Origin: Rhizaria sp. SCN 62-66
Lineage: Eukaryota
Length of the DNA: 64,000 nt
Direction of reading: 5' to 3'
Assembly: GCA_001724265.1 (NCBI GenBank)
Contig: MEDY01000087.1
Coordinates: 1 to 64,000 of the forward strand
Shown piece by piece: positions 1-12,222 of this stretch. Within the stretch, counting starts at the first letter, position 1, and every line of letters begins with the position of its first letter. The translations under genes and the position numbers were made by a program. The notes under the pieces were generated by a model. It had not been told where the DNA came from and searched no databases. It saw nothing but the letters and a program-made list of their open reading frames with translations.

Positions 1-461
1 TTAAAATGTTGTGCACGAACTCAAACACAATTTTACGACATACCTATCAAGATTTCGTCAATAACAGCAAACGGCCCAATTCGCGACCCCCGTGTGACGC
101 AATGCAAAAACGGTGCGGTCCCAAACCTGATGCATGCGATTTCAACGTTTACCATGCCCAATATACCGTGAATACACCATCGTTGTGTTAAAATGTCGCG
201 ATGTATTCAATATAATGACATTCCTATACATTTCCCTCTACTGCTACTCTTTTGCAGTACATGTACAACGCGAAGCCCTTAATAGTACCCCTAGAACTTA
301 AATGGAGCAGCACACACTATTCTGTTTTTGTTACAAACATATACTTTAAAATACATTACTAAGACAAACTCGTACAATCAGCAACGGCAGCAATAAGACC
401 TCACATCTCGAAAGACACGCTGAGACGCGATTGCGAAGTTCGCGCCCGCTTACACGCCCGC

Positions 462-3400
462 TTAGTAGTCTGCGTAGGCCGTACCTGCGTTCGCCGACCG
501 CGGGTCGTCGTCGTTGGCGTCGTCGAGGTCGATGTCGAGCGGCGAGCTGTACTTGCCCTTCTTGCGGCCGCTGGCGTTGTCGTCATTGCCAGCGGTGAGG
601 TTGAACAGCGGCATGCCTCCGGGGTCGCGACCGCCGGGCGCCGCGAAGGACCCGCGGCGCGAGCCGGGCGCGCTGCCGGAGACTGGCACGCCGCTGCCGA
701 AGCCGCCGCGCGTGACGCCGGCGCCGCCGCGCGTGACGCCGACGCCGCCGCCGCCGAACCCGCTCTTCTGGTCGCCGATGCTGCTGCTGTTGTTGTTGTT
801 GTTGGCCATCGCGACGCCGCCGGAGGCAGTGATGCCGGGCAGCACGCTGCGCGCGGCGGCCTGCGCGGCGGCGAGCGCGGCGGCTTCCTGCTTCTTGGCC
901 TGCGCGCGCGCGCGGCGGGCGATGTACTCAGGGTGCTCGGACATGCAGCGCGCCTCGAAGGCCGAGGCGAAACGCACGGCGTACTTGGCGGGGTCGATAA
1001 ACTCGGACCCAGCCTCCTGGCGGCCCCACCACAGGTCCCATGCCATCTGCGAGTCGAACTCGCCGAAAATGTCAGAGATGGAGAGGTAGTAACAGATGGC
1101 GTCAGGGAACATCTCCTCCTCGATGTCGTCCCAACGCGACGACAGCACGCCGCCCGCCTCGAGCGTCCAGTTGGACGACAGCGCCGTCACGTCGGGCGGG
1201 TAGATGTCCAGAGGCGGCAGCTCGCCCAGAAGGTCGTCGTACCGGTCCTCCTCCTCCTCGGTCATGCGCGCCACATCCTCGTTAAGCACGGTGAACTCGC
1301 GCTCACGGGCACCCAGGCCATAGCGCGCGCCCAGCGAGCGCGGCGCCTCGAGCGTGCCGTCGAGCGTCTTCTTGTCCGTGACGTCCTGGTGCGAGACCGA
1401 GATGGAGACGCGGTAGCCGAAGGCCGACACGCGCGCGAGGAACTGCAGATCGCGTCGCAGCTGCGAGACCATAAGGCGCAGCTGCTGCGGGCGCAGCGCG
1501 AGCTCGAGTTTGTGCTCGTCGGCGTCGGCGTCGTAGTAGACGGGCACGGACTGCTTCGTCAGCGCATCGGGCGCCTTAGCGGGCGGCGTCGCGCCGTTGA
1601 TCTCGTAGCGCCAGTGGACGTAGCGGTCCGTGCTGACCGGGTTGCGGATCACGACCATGTACTTGCCGCTCGGAATGATGGGCGTGCGGATGTGGTACAT
1701 ACCGATGATGCGGATCAGGAACGAATCCGCGCGGTGCTCGGTAATGTGCTCGTAATACTGCCGCATCCACGACGCGAAGAAGCGCGCCTGCTTCTCCGAT
1801 AGCGTCTGCACCCAGAACTGGCCCGTCGACGTTTGCCACATCGTCTTGCGGTCCTTGCCGCGGCCCGAGCCGGCGCCGGTGATTGCACCACCGGGCGCGG
1901 GGAAGCCCGCGGGCCCGCACAGCTCGGCGTCGTCCTCGTCTGTGGTCTGGAGCACCCGCACGAACGTCTCGGCCGTGCCCATCTCGAGCACATACTCGGA
2001 CAGCGGGATGCCCAGGTGGCGCCGCAGCCGCGCGAAGACGGTGGGCGCCAGCTCCTGCAGCACCACCGTCGGCTCGCGGTCCGCGCGCGGACGCAGGTCT
2101 GCGGCGACGGGGGAGAACTTGTCGACGACCGATACAGCGGTAAACTCGTCGCGCGAGGGCTCGCTGTAGTCGCCCATCGAGTCGAGCGCGATCTCGGACG
2201 AGACGGACGACACGCGGACGCCGTACTTAAGGTTGTTGATGAGCTCGAACCAGAGGTGCGCGGGCGTGGTGGGCTCGGGCATGTCTGCGATCTGTTCCTC
2301 GTCCGACCTGCCCATCGTGGCCGTGCGCACGCGCTTCTGCTCGCTGCGGCGCGCCTCCTCGGCCTTGGCCTCCTTCTCTTCCAGGTGCTTGTCGCGGCGG
2401 CGCTGGTCCTGCTGGCGCTCCTTGACCAGCAGCGTCGACAACAGCGGCATCGCGTTGTTGTTCATGCGCTGCGTGATGTCCTGCAGCACCTCGCGCCGCG
2501 CCTCGGCCGCCTGCAGCGCCAGCTCGCCCTTAGCGTCGTCCTGCGCGAACCCGTGCGGGCCCTGGGGCACCATGGCCGCGGGCACGCCGCGCTCGTCGGG
2601 GAACTCGGGCTCGTCGCTCAGGTCGAAGCCGTCCTGGATCAGCTCCGCGGGCGCCGGCTGCAGCGTCCACTCCGCGCTGGGGTTGCTCTCGTTGTAGCTC
2701 TCGGTGGCGCCCGTGATGTAGGCCATGACGGACTTGAGCGCCGTCCACCACTGCTGGCGCTGCTCGTGCGAGTGAGCCTGCAGTGACAGCACCACGGCGC
2801 CGGACCCGCCCAGCCCCTTGGGGTGCGTCTTGATCGTGAAACACAGCTTATCCTCGGCGCCCACGGCGTAGGACTGCGTGCCGGGCTGCGAGCCCTGGAA
2901 CATCTCAGCGACCTGGAGCAGGTGGATGCGGTTCACGGGCGCCGACCGGTTCTCCGCCTGCGCGGCGTCGCACCACGCTAGCACGGGTCCGTTAGCCCAC
3001 ACGCGCACCGACGCCGTCTCCACCACCGCCTTGGGCTTGATCTTGGCCAGCGACGCGCGCGGTGGCCGCACTGTGTGGCGCACGAAGACCTGCCCCTTCG
3101 TGGTGAAGTCGGGCCACATGGCGCGGAGGTCGGCCGTGTCGATGGCGAGCGCGAGCGCGTAGTCGACGCCGTCGAAGTTCTCGGGCGTGGCCTCCTCTTC
3201 GGCGAGCTCGGCCGCCGTCTCGTCAAACAGGGCCTCGGGCGCGGCGTCGAAGGGATCGACCCAGGTCTTGGCGCTCTGTGCAGGGCCGATGTACGGCGGG
3301 TTGGTCTCGAGGTCCTTGAGGACATCGGGGAAGAGCACGTCAGAGATGATGCGCGACGGCAGCAGATGGATGTTCGGGTCACCGCCCGCGCCGAGGGTCG

Positions 3401-3583
3401 GCTCGGGACGCAGCCTAGACAGTGGTGAGCAAGAGCATTGCAATCGAGGAGTGAGCAAAGGTTTACGGGAGAGATATCGACAATGGCAGAGATCAGAGAC
3501 GACAGCCATCGAGGCTGAGCGACGGCAAGGTTGCTGAGGAGTACGTACACGTCAAATGTGTTAGTAAGGGCGCGATGAGACAT
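462..3583 (-). CDS. PH-domain + phosphatidylinositol-phosphate kinase (PIP5K/PIP4K)-like protein, probably catalytically degenerate; exons 3583-3549, 3414-462 (~995 aa)
   Basis: PH-like segment (RIHLLQVAEMFQG...CFTIKT...LSLQAHSHEQRQQWWTALK) followed by PIPK-fold landmarks (ELAPTVFARLRRHLGI, SFLIRIIGMYHI, QLRRDLQFL, YYLSISDIF, IDPAKYAVRF). GTACGT..TAG intron 3548-3415 joins ATG 3583 in frame; ends TAA. Confidence 0.8.
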
Positions 3584-4405
3584 GATGCGCTGTGTAGTCG
3601 CGACAGGCTATCAGAGCAACAACGGGCACAGTCGGTGTGGAGTACGACTGGTGAGACGTGAGCCAGAGCTGTCAGTTGACACTGAAGCTAGCGGGCGTTG
3701 CGAGACTGGTGCAAGACCAAGTCGGGTGCTTAGCAATAGTTTGAGCAAGGAATTAGCTTCGTTCAACTGATGTATCTCTATAGACCCTTGTGGGAGTGAT
3801 CGGGTGACCTGTAGAGCGGATGAAAGCAAGTCAACGAGAGCGAGTGCAAACGCGGGTTGAAAAGAAGGGAAGATTGCAAGATAAGGTGAGGTCCGCAAGT
3901 ATTACAAATAAAAATAAGAGTGAGTTACAGTGTGTACTATCTAACGGTCGAGAAACAAGATACATCGATGTTGAGCTGTATGCTTAGCGCATGACCGAAG
4001 AAGGAGCGAAGGAGGAGACGAAAATAGACGAACGTTGGTTCGTAAAAAGTCGCTCCAAAGGGGACCTTCTGGACGATAAATAGCCTGCTCATACGGCTTC
4101 TTTCGAGCGTCAACAATCCACTACTGCTAATGTATCAAATTATTTTGTTGATTTCTTATACCCTTTACAATTCTATCTTTGGCGGACATTTCCTTCCTAA
4201 CCAAACCCAGCTTTCTGTTTCACCTCCTGTCCTATCTCTTTCGTCCTGTTTCCAGGTTCTCTTTCCGCCCCACTCGCGTCCCGCACCTACCACCAGACCC
4301 CCTTACCTCCCACCACGCTGCGTGCCTGGGCGTCTTTTTCCAGCTCCGCGTTGCCGCCCTGCTCCAGACAGACCTCCCCGGCTGTGCAAGCTCCCGCTTC
4401 GAAGG

Positions 4406-5269
4406 ATGTCATCACCGTCTTCCGTTGTCTACCGCGGCACTAGCAACAGCAGTGCCCACGACGCGACCGCCGTGGCCCCCGCGAGCGTCACCGACCGCGC
4501 GGTGTCGTTTTCAGAGTCCAAGCCGTTTAATTGGCGCCGTAACCGCGTCCGCGGCGGCGCCCCTGCGACGGACACTGAGCGTATCATCATGTTCTGCCTT
4601 GTTATGATCTTTTGTGGTGCACTCGTCACTGGTATCATTGGAAGCACTCTGTACATCCTCAAGGTTAATGCCAACGTACGTAAACAACGCCAGTCAATTT
4701 TTTCAATTGTGTTGTTCCGCATTCTCCTCTATCGTTTGATCCTGTGCATGTTTGCGGTGTCTCTTGCTTTTTTTAAAATCATAGCGAATGTAGCTCTCTC
4801 ACTGTCTTCCTTCTATGCTCTTTGTTTTGCATGCTATCCACAGTCGAACCTGCGCGTCACGACGTGCGAAGTTATGTCTGTGCAGCTGGCTGACGACCTG
4901 GTTTGCCAGTTCGAAAAGTGCATCAACACCGAGTGTAAGCTGGAATCGCAGAAGTGCTTCGAGCCCCAGTGGGAGGTCCAGTATGGCGAGGTCGACTCAG
5001 AGGGCGAGGTGCTGCACCGCAAGGTGCGCGCGTGGATCACGGACTCGTCTTTCCGCGACAAGACGGTTGCACTCGGTCGTCTTAAGACGTACGTGCCGGC
5101 CAAGAAGTACAAGTGCAGCTACGACGCCAGCGACGTGGCCAACGTCACTTGGGGCCACGACGACCCGGAGCCGTGGATGATCACCATGATCGTCGCCTGG
5201 TGCGTCATTGGGCTCTTTCTCTGCGCGATGGGCTTTGGCTGGTTCTTCAGCAAGTCCCGCGATGTGTAA
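4406..5269 (+). CDS. Two-transmembrane protein with Cys-rich extracellular loop; exons 4406-4675, 4844-5269
   Basis: Hydrophobic helices IIMFCLVMIFCGALVTGIIGSTLYIL and WMITMIVAWCVIGLFLCAMGFGWFF flank a Cys-rich loop; AT-rich 168-nt GTACGT..CAG intron; ends TAA. Start chosen where GC-rich codon usage begins. Confidence 0.7.
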   Translation: MSSPSSVVYRGTSNSSAHDATAVAPASVTDRAVSFSESKPFNWRRNRVRGGAPATDTERIIMFCLVMIFCGALVTGIIGSTLYILKVNANVRKQRQSIFSIVLFRILLYRLILCMFAVSLAFFKIIANVALSLSSFYALCFACYPQSNLRVTTCEVMSVQLADDLVCQFEKCINTECKLESQKCFEPQWEVQYGEVDSEGEVLHRKVRAWITDSSFRDKTVALGRLKTYVPAKKYKCSYDASDVANVTWGHDDPEPWMITMIVAWCVIGLFLCAMGFGWFFSKSRDV

Positions 5270-5757
5270 ATTTCAAGCATGCCACGCGCCGCGACAGCTC
5301 ACACACGTCGATGTGGCAAAGATTTATAGATAGGTTTGGTTGGGTATATGTTGACTTGGTAAAATATAATTGTTGTCTCCGTGTAAATTAGTACTTGCAG
5401 TATCTTATATACAATTTTAAAATAAACAAGCGTTTATTTATATAACTTCGTATTCTCGTATGTATTTTGCCAGCGTCTGCTTGCCATGTTTCTGTGGTCT
5501 GAGACGAGGTCACTGGCTCGATCGGCCAACCGCAACTGACCGCGAAAGTTAGGCCGCCCGAAACGAGGTGCCTCTGGGAAGATCAAATTTGCACTAGCGC
5601 ATCAGTAGATTAAAATGCTTTTCAATGTGAAGAAGCAACACATTGTGATTTATCTTATATATTGTTCCCAGTTCGCCCCTCGAAGAATCTGTGTTGCTCA
5701 TGCCTTATCCTTGCTCGGTATCTCTCCCTGGCGTGTGCCGTTTGTGCTTCTTTCCAG

Positions 5758-8700
5758 ATGTCTTCGCCGCTCGAGGATCTTCGTGCGATCTTGAACAAGC
5801 TCGCCAAGATCGCGACGAAGCTCGACGTTGACTCCCAGGAGGCGTTCCTCCAACTACTGGAGTCTACCCTTCAGCAGTCCTGCGAGACCTTCGGTACGTT
5901 CTCGCGCCCAACCGCTCAAGACTGCTCTCTCGCCCATCTCGAATCTCGCTAGCAACTTGCAACGGCTCTTCTATAACAAATCGACGTGCTGTCAATGAGT
6001 TAGACATATTTTTCTTCTACCTCACCTGCTTTTCAAATCTAACTGTGTTCTGCTTCTGCTTGTATTCTTTTGCCTTTGTGCTCGTCCGTTTGTCCGTTGA
6101 CTCGTCCTCTCTGCCCCTTCGCGATCTCACTTCTATACCACGCACGCCCACCAACGTTTGCGCTTGCCTAACACTTCCCAGACATTGATCCCGAGTCCCT
6201 GATCCCTCCCCCTGCCCCCGAGGCTCTCTCCGTCTCCGATTCCAACGCGGAGGACAACGATGACGATGACGATGACTACGATTCCACCAAGCCTCTCATC
6301 GTGACTCAGAAGCTTCTCAACAACTTCAAGCAGATCGAGATCCTCATTGCCGAGAAGCTCTACCAGCAGGGCAAGGCCTCCTACGACCTCTTTGCGCGCT
6401 TTGACAAGACCAACTCTGGTTCTATCCTCCCCATCGAGTTCCTCGCTGCCGTCACCTCGATCGGCGTCAACGTCTACCCCAAGGAGCTCCGCCTGCTCGC
6501 GTACAAGTTCCCCGCTGAGTCCGACTCCGCCGCCGACGGCGCCATCGACTACGAGACCTTCCTGCAGTACGCCGAGGCCCTCCGCGCACAGCCCCGCTCC
6601 ACGGTCTCCCAGTCCTTCTCCCGCACGCTCGCCGACCGCGCTGCGACCCCCGGCGCCGTCAAGACCGTCGACGCCGCCGCCGCCGCGATGCGCAAGGTGA
6701 AGCTCTCGGTTGAGGCCAAGCTCCAGCTCGGGCTCAAGGCTATGCGTGCGCACATGTACTCGCGCACCGTTGCGCTGCCCACGCTGTTCAAGCAGATCCG
6801 CAGCGACGACCAGGTCGTGTCTGTCGACGTGCTCGCCAAGGAGGTCATCCGCCAGGGCTTTCCCAGCAACTTGCTGACTGACGCCGAGCTCAAGGAGGTT
6901 CTCAGCAAGTGCGCCAGCGCCAAGAACAACACCGCGCTTACTTACAGCGACTTCTTTGCCTTCTTCCAGGGCAAGCAGGAGGCTGACGGCGCCTCTGTGA
7001 GCGCTAAGAAGAAGGACATCATCACCGACCCCACCGTCGTGTCGGCCTTCATCAAGCTCAACTCGCTTCCTCTCCGCGCGCACTTTAAGAGCATTGACGA
7101 GGATCTTGATGGCTTCGTCTCCGTCCAGGAGGTGATCGACGACCTCTGCTCCATGGGCATGCGCGGCGCCCTCAAGCACACCCCCGAGCTCGAGGCGCTT
7201 GTTGCGTCCTACGCCGTCAAGACCCCCGGCAAGCTCCAGTACTCCGACTACGTCCAGTTTGCCAACGCGCGCGTCAACGCGCCCCTGCAGCCCGCGGCGC
7301 CGAAGGAGCTCTCCGTGGAGGTCCCCTCCAGCGCCAGCGCCATCGACCTCGTGCACATCCTGCACGAGCACGGCAACAAGGGTATTTCGTGGGAGTCCGT
7401 CTTCAGCGCCTTCGCTGACGTCAGCAGCTCCATGATCACCGAGGAGGACCTCTGGCATGCTCTCACGTCGACCGGCTTCCAGGTCGCGCGCGAGACCGTG
7501 GCCTCGCTCTTCGCGCTTTTCGACCCCGACGCGGACGCTAAGGCCGACTACAAGGAGATCGCCGTCACGATCCTGTACCCGAACCGCAACCCGCGCATGG
7601 GCGCGTCGCGCAACCGCAAGCAGCCCGGCGGCGAGGACACCGTGCCGCTCGGCACTGGCATTGAGCGCCTGCACGCCGAGTTCCGCCCCCAGACCGCGCC
7701 CAGCAAGGTCTCGGTCAAGAAGTACGCGCACTCGCACAAGTTCGACAACGAGGGCCAGACCGAGGAGGAGGAAGCCACTGCTGCTGCCAAGGTACGTCTT
7801 CAAATCAATATCGACGTCTGTACTTTTCTATTTCTGTTCATATCGGACGTATTACAAGTTCTTTCAATTTCTCACGCTTCTCTGCCATTTTTCTCGTAAT
7901 CCTTTACACAACGTAGGCTGCTCGCGGCGTTCGCCCCGTGAATCTGTCCACCCTCAAGCTGACCGACCCCGTCGCGGGCGACGTCGTGCCCCCGCAGTCC
8001 CTGGGCTCCACCCGCCGCAACACGGAGAAGGGCTCCCAGCAGACCAAGGGCAGCATCGACTTCGGCGGCGACCACGGTGGCGCCCCCGCCCGCGTCGAGC
8101 GCACGCGCATCGCACCCGGCCAGACCTTCCACATCAACGAGGAGCCCGACGAGGTGGTCGCCAACGAGGCCCCCGCGACGTACCGCGCCTCGGACGTGTT
8201 CAACCGCGCCCCTGAGTCCCCTAAGGCCCCGCGCCGCTCCATGCGCGCGCCCCCGACCCCTGGCATGGCCCACAAGTCGGTCGTCTCCTTCAACCAGGTA
8301 CGGCATTTTGCATCATTTGAACATAGTCCACGCTTTATATTGTCATGACATTCCACTTTTGAATTATATGCAGTTCTCACTCACTATTTCTGTTTGCGCC
8401 ATTTATTCAATCTTTTTAGGCTGACACCGAGGAGTACGTACCCCAGCGCGCGCGCGTCGCGCCCCCCGGCGGCCGCTCCTCCGTCCAGATCGGCCACTCA
8501 GACGAAGCTGAGGTGGAGATGCGCGTGACGGGCCACTCCCGCCGCTCCATCGGCTCGATGCCCCAGTCCTCGGTCAGTCTCCGCCATGACGCCTCGAACG
8601 AGGAGTCGGCCGCCATCCCGCTCTGCAACACCACCAAGGGTGCGCGCAAGCACTTTGACGCCAACTCCGCGCGCGGCTCCGTCGACCACCTCGGCGAGGG

Positions 8701-9340
8701 CGCGCAGGTCGCCGACACGCCCTACATCCTGAAGCGTCAGACGCGCGCCAAGGGTGCCAGCGCTCCCTCGTCGCACTCTGCCGAAGACTTCGGCGCTGAT
8801 AGCAACGATGCTCAGGTATGTTCGCATTATTTGTTTGTTACCACTCGTTCACATTTCCTGGTGTATTACATGTTACGATTCAAATCATATCCCTAACATA
8901 TATGTCGTTATAATCTTTTTGTCTTGTTTTGTCTCATTTTGCAGGAGCTCGTGAAGCGCATCGACGCCCTCGTGCTCTCGCCCCGCCCCGCTAAGTCTGC
9001 CGCCCCCGCCGCCGACTCTGAGGAGGACTCGGGCGTGCAGGCTATTTCACTCGACTTTGACGATGCCGAGACCCCCGCCGCGGGCGCCCTCGACTACGAC
9101 CTCATCGCTGAGCTCGCCAAGAACGTCTACGCCTCGGGCAAGGCCAAGAAGGTCTTCTCTGACTGGTCCAAGGGCTCCAACCTCGTCACCAAGGACCACT
9201 TCGCCGACGGCTCCATCTCTTCTGGCGTGCGCTTCTCCGACGACCAGATCGACGTCGTGTTCGAGCATTTCGACAAGGACGGCAAGGGCGCGCTGTCCTT
9301 CAGCGAGTTCATTCGCCTCCTCGCCGCCAAGCAGCAGTAA
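5758..9340 (+). CDS. Multi-EF-hand calcium-binding protein with PGG-type motifs; exons 5758-5893, 6182-7791, 7917-8297, 8420-8815, 8945-9340
   Basis: EF-hand loops FARFDKTNSGSILPIEF, FKSIDEDLDGFVSVQE, FALFDPDADAKADYKE, FEHFDKDGKGALSFSEF; four GTAYG..AG introns preserve the frame; strong C/G third-position bias; ends TAA. Confidence 0.85.
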
Positions 9341-10192
9341 GCTGTGCGCTGGCGACGTGGATGCACCTGAGACTACTGTCGTGCTGAGAGCTTTATCATT
9401 GCTGCGTTAACGCGATGATCAAGTTCAATGTTGAGTTCTGGTTTGTGGTTTAGTTGCTTTTGTGTTTATTGTTGCTGTTTCATTTTGATTTCACGATGCT
9501 CTGGTCTGCTTGGGGCACAAACAAGTCACATTTTCTTTCTGTTTTCTTGGGGTTCTGTTTTCATGACTCTGCTTTTTTGTTTTATTTTCTCATTGTTTCC
9601 GTGCGTACGTAAGGTTTGGCTATGTTTGTGACGAAGCTGACATGCCTCACACGGTCACACCGTATATCGTGTACATAGCTGTATTTTGTGTACTTATGGG
9701 TAGTTTGTTGCACTGTATCGGACGGTGCGCTCACCATATCACACGTACAACTCAATGCTACGAGCCAAACAAGCATGACTGCTTATATAGTCACTGCTTG
9801 CTTTGCTTTTGTTGTTGCTGGCTATGCCGCAGTATCGGACATTTTCTTCATAGGTTTAACTCTACTTCGTTTTAGTAATACAACTTTACAAACATAAATA
9901 CCACTACATATATGTGCGTACATATTTACATATTATATCAGATTAATTGTAAAATGAAGTATGCATGCTATGTATTCTTTCATATTAGAGATAGGCGATA
10001 AATAAATGCGTTGCTCATTAGGAAAGAGCAGGTGCGCGTGTCAACAATGTGCGGTTCGTTGTTTCATAACTTGACCACATCGATCGCACATGTCACCAAC
10101 AAATCCAATGCTAGCGAGTGTCAAACCTCGCAATATATACGGGCACGATTGTCAAGCTAACGAAACTGAACTGTGAATGTGATTAGTTGCAC

Positions 10193-10755
10193 TCACTGAG
10201 CGCCCGTGGCGGCGTTGCCCTTGACGCTGTCGATGCTGGCAGGCTTGGAGAGATTCTCCTCACTAAACGCAATCGGCATGTTGAGGCCCACGTAGCCGGC
10301 GACGTTCTTGACCTGGTTGAGTTGGGGCTGTGAAGGGCAAGAGACGGACAGAGCAAGGGATACATGGGATGGAGTGAGGCGTGAGCAAGATGATGGTGTC
10401 GAAAGAATGAGGCCGATGAGTTATACAAGTAAACAGACAGTAACCACATCATGCCATTGCTTATGTCACAATATGCGTTGCTTCGTACCTTGTTGAGGCA
10501 CCATCCGCCGTCGAACATGGCCTCGGCGTGCTTGGTGCTGCTGGTCATCATAGTGATGGCGTCGGCCGCCATGAGGTAGTTGCGCCAAGCGGTCTTACCG
10601 TCTGTCACGGGCTTCTGGTAAAGCTTGCGGAGCTGGTCGACAAAGACCGAGTCAAGGGTGGACTCGCGAGCGCGGATGCCAGTGAGCTTCGGGTTCGAGG
10701 CGCGCACCAGAGAGCGGTACGAAGCCAGCACAAGCTTCTTGGAAGGGCCGGACAT
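10193..10755 (-). CDS. FMC1: FMC1-like LYR-family mitochondrial ATP synthase assembly factor; exons 10755-10489, 10327-10193
   Basis: N-terminal LYR-like LASYRSLVRA; the spliced C-terminus QVKNVAGYVGLNMP resembles the FMC1 'V..A..VGL.LP' motif; intron GTACGA..CAG; ends TGA. Confidence 0.65.
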
Positions 10756-11484
10756 GCTCTATAAAAAACGTAGAAGCATGCGGAAAAAGCATATACACAA
10801 AGGATACATGGGTAATTTGGCTCGTGAGGTTAACTTTGTGGGGGGTTCGAGGTCACTCACGTGCGAAATGGGAGTCTTTGTGATTGTTTCGCGAATGCGA
10901 GAAGTATTTGCTGTTGAGTGGTGGATCTACTGAGGTCTTCACTGATTCACGATTGATTCAGATGCGCACACAGGTGGGATATGCTACGGAAAATACATTC
11001 AGCATTTTTTCACACAAGTGTACAATCCTTGACGTGCGCGTTTGTAGAGCGGTCGCACATGGCTTCTTGCCAGTCGGCGAGGCGATGACACTCTCAGTTT
11101 AGTGGGTTCCTTTGTCAAGATGCCACAGCAGCTAACAGAACATTCGGAAGTTCGTATAAACAATTATGATACAAACCCTCAAGGAAATTAGGAAAATCAC
11201 TGATACATTGTTACATGACGATTAAGTACCGGAGAATAAGAGAAAGCACAAACATCAATCGGAGGCATACCGTGTCGACAAGTTGGCCGGGTACCTAAGC
11301 AGTGCTCCTGACTAGAGAATTGCTAATTGTGTATTATTGTGCGCATTACGCAATAAATAATCGAATCTGAACTGATACATCAACAACTCACACCAATATT
11401 TTTCCACCGCAATCGAAAAAGCACTGAAGTACTTGCGTACGTACTGAGAAACGAATTTGGGTTTACAGCTAACACTAAGAGTAC

Positions 11485-12222
11485 TTAGATCTTGTTGAAG
11501 GCAGCAATCTCGACGGAGCCGACGCCGGGGAGCTCGGAGATGGTCTCCTCCATCCAGTCAGTGGAGACGAGGACGTTGCGGGCTCGCGGCCCCACTCGAG
11601 ACCCTCGCAGTTGACGCCGTAGATGGACTGGGCGAGCTCGTCGAGGTCGACGTCAGTGTCCTCGGGCTTGATGTCGAAGATGACAGTGGACTGCTCCTTA
11701 GCGACGTTAGCGGCGGTCTTGGCGTCGTACGCGGCCTTCTTGGCGCGCGCGGCCTCCTCCTCGGTGTCGAGGTCCGACGAGTCGGAGTCGCTCGAGTCGG
11801 AGCCGGAGGAAGAGGATGAAGAGGAGGAGGAAGAGCGGGCGGCGCGGCGGCGCTTGACGGGCTCCTCGTCCTGGGGGCCGAAGACCTTGGAGAAGTCGAC
11901 GGGGGCCTGGGACAGAGCGGAGCAACGCAGAGAAACACGGAGAGCATAGATATAGATGAGTATTGAAATTAAAGCAAACACAGAATACAAAAAACATCAA
12001 CGCTAGCGGAGTATCCGGTGTACGATGCCATATGAGTCAAACCTAATGCAGTATCTAGTGTTATTAGGAATGCCATCATACCTGGTAGAAGGAGGCGATG
12101 CCGTTCTTGGTGCCCTTGGCAGCCTCAATCTTGGCCTTGGCCATAGAGGCGATAAGGGTGACAGCGGAGCTGACCTCGTTGTCGAAGAAGGCGGCGACGG
12201 AGTCCTCGGTGGAGAGAGACAT
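11485..12222 (-). pseudogene. Translation elongation factor 1-beta/delta family gene with an internal deletion and frameshift at ~11580 (pseudogene or assembly error); exons 12222-12082, 11906-11485
   Basis: Acidic linker then GEF domain STVIFDIKPEDTDVDLDELAQSIYGVNCEGLEWG; the diagnostic C-terminus VSTDWMEETI..VGSVEIAAFNKI-TAA is in a different frame. Confidence 0.75.

Noticed and set aside
5505-5580. Hammerhead-like CTGA...GAAA elements upstream of the EF-hand gene
   Set aside because: The CUGANGA core and the three required stems cannot be formed.
5950-5952. TAG ending ORF 5662-5952 as a real terminator or a third readthrough site
   Set aside because: It lies inside the first intron (5894-6181) of the EF-hand gene; the TAG at 35040-35042 is likewise intronic.
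6133-7803. Long antisense or alternative-frame ORFs (also 21968-22990, 26608-28992, 13073-14752, 57272-58891 and many more)
   Set aside because: These are shadow ORFs of GC-rich, codon-biased genes on the opposite strand, with no recognisable domains.
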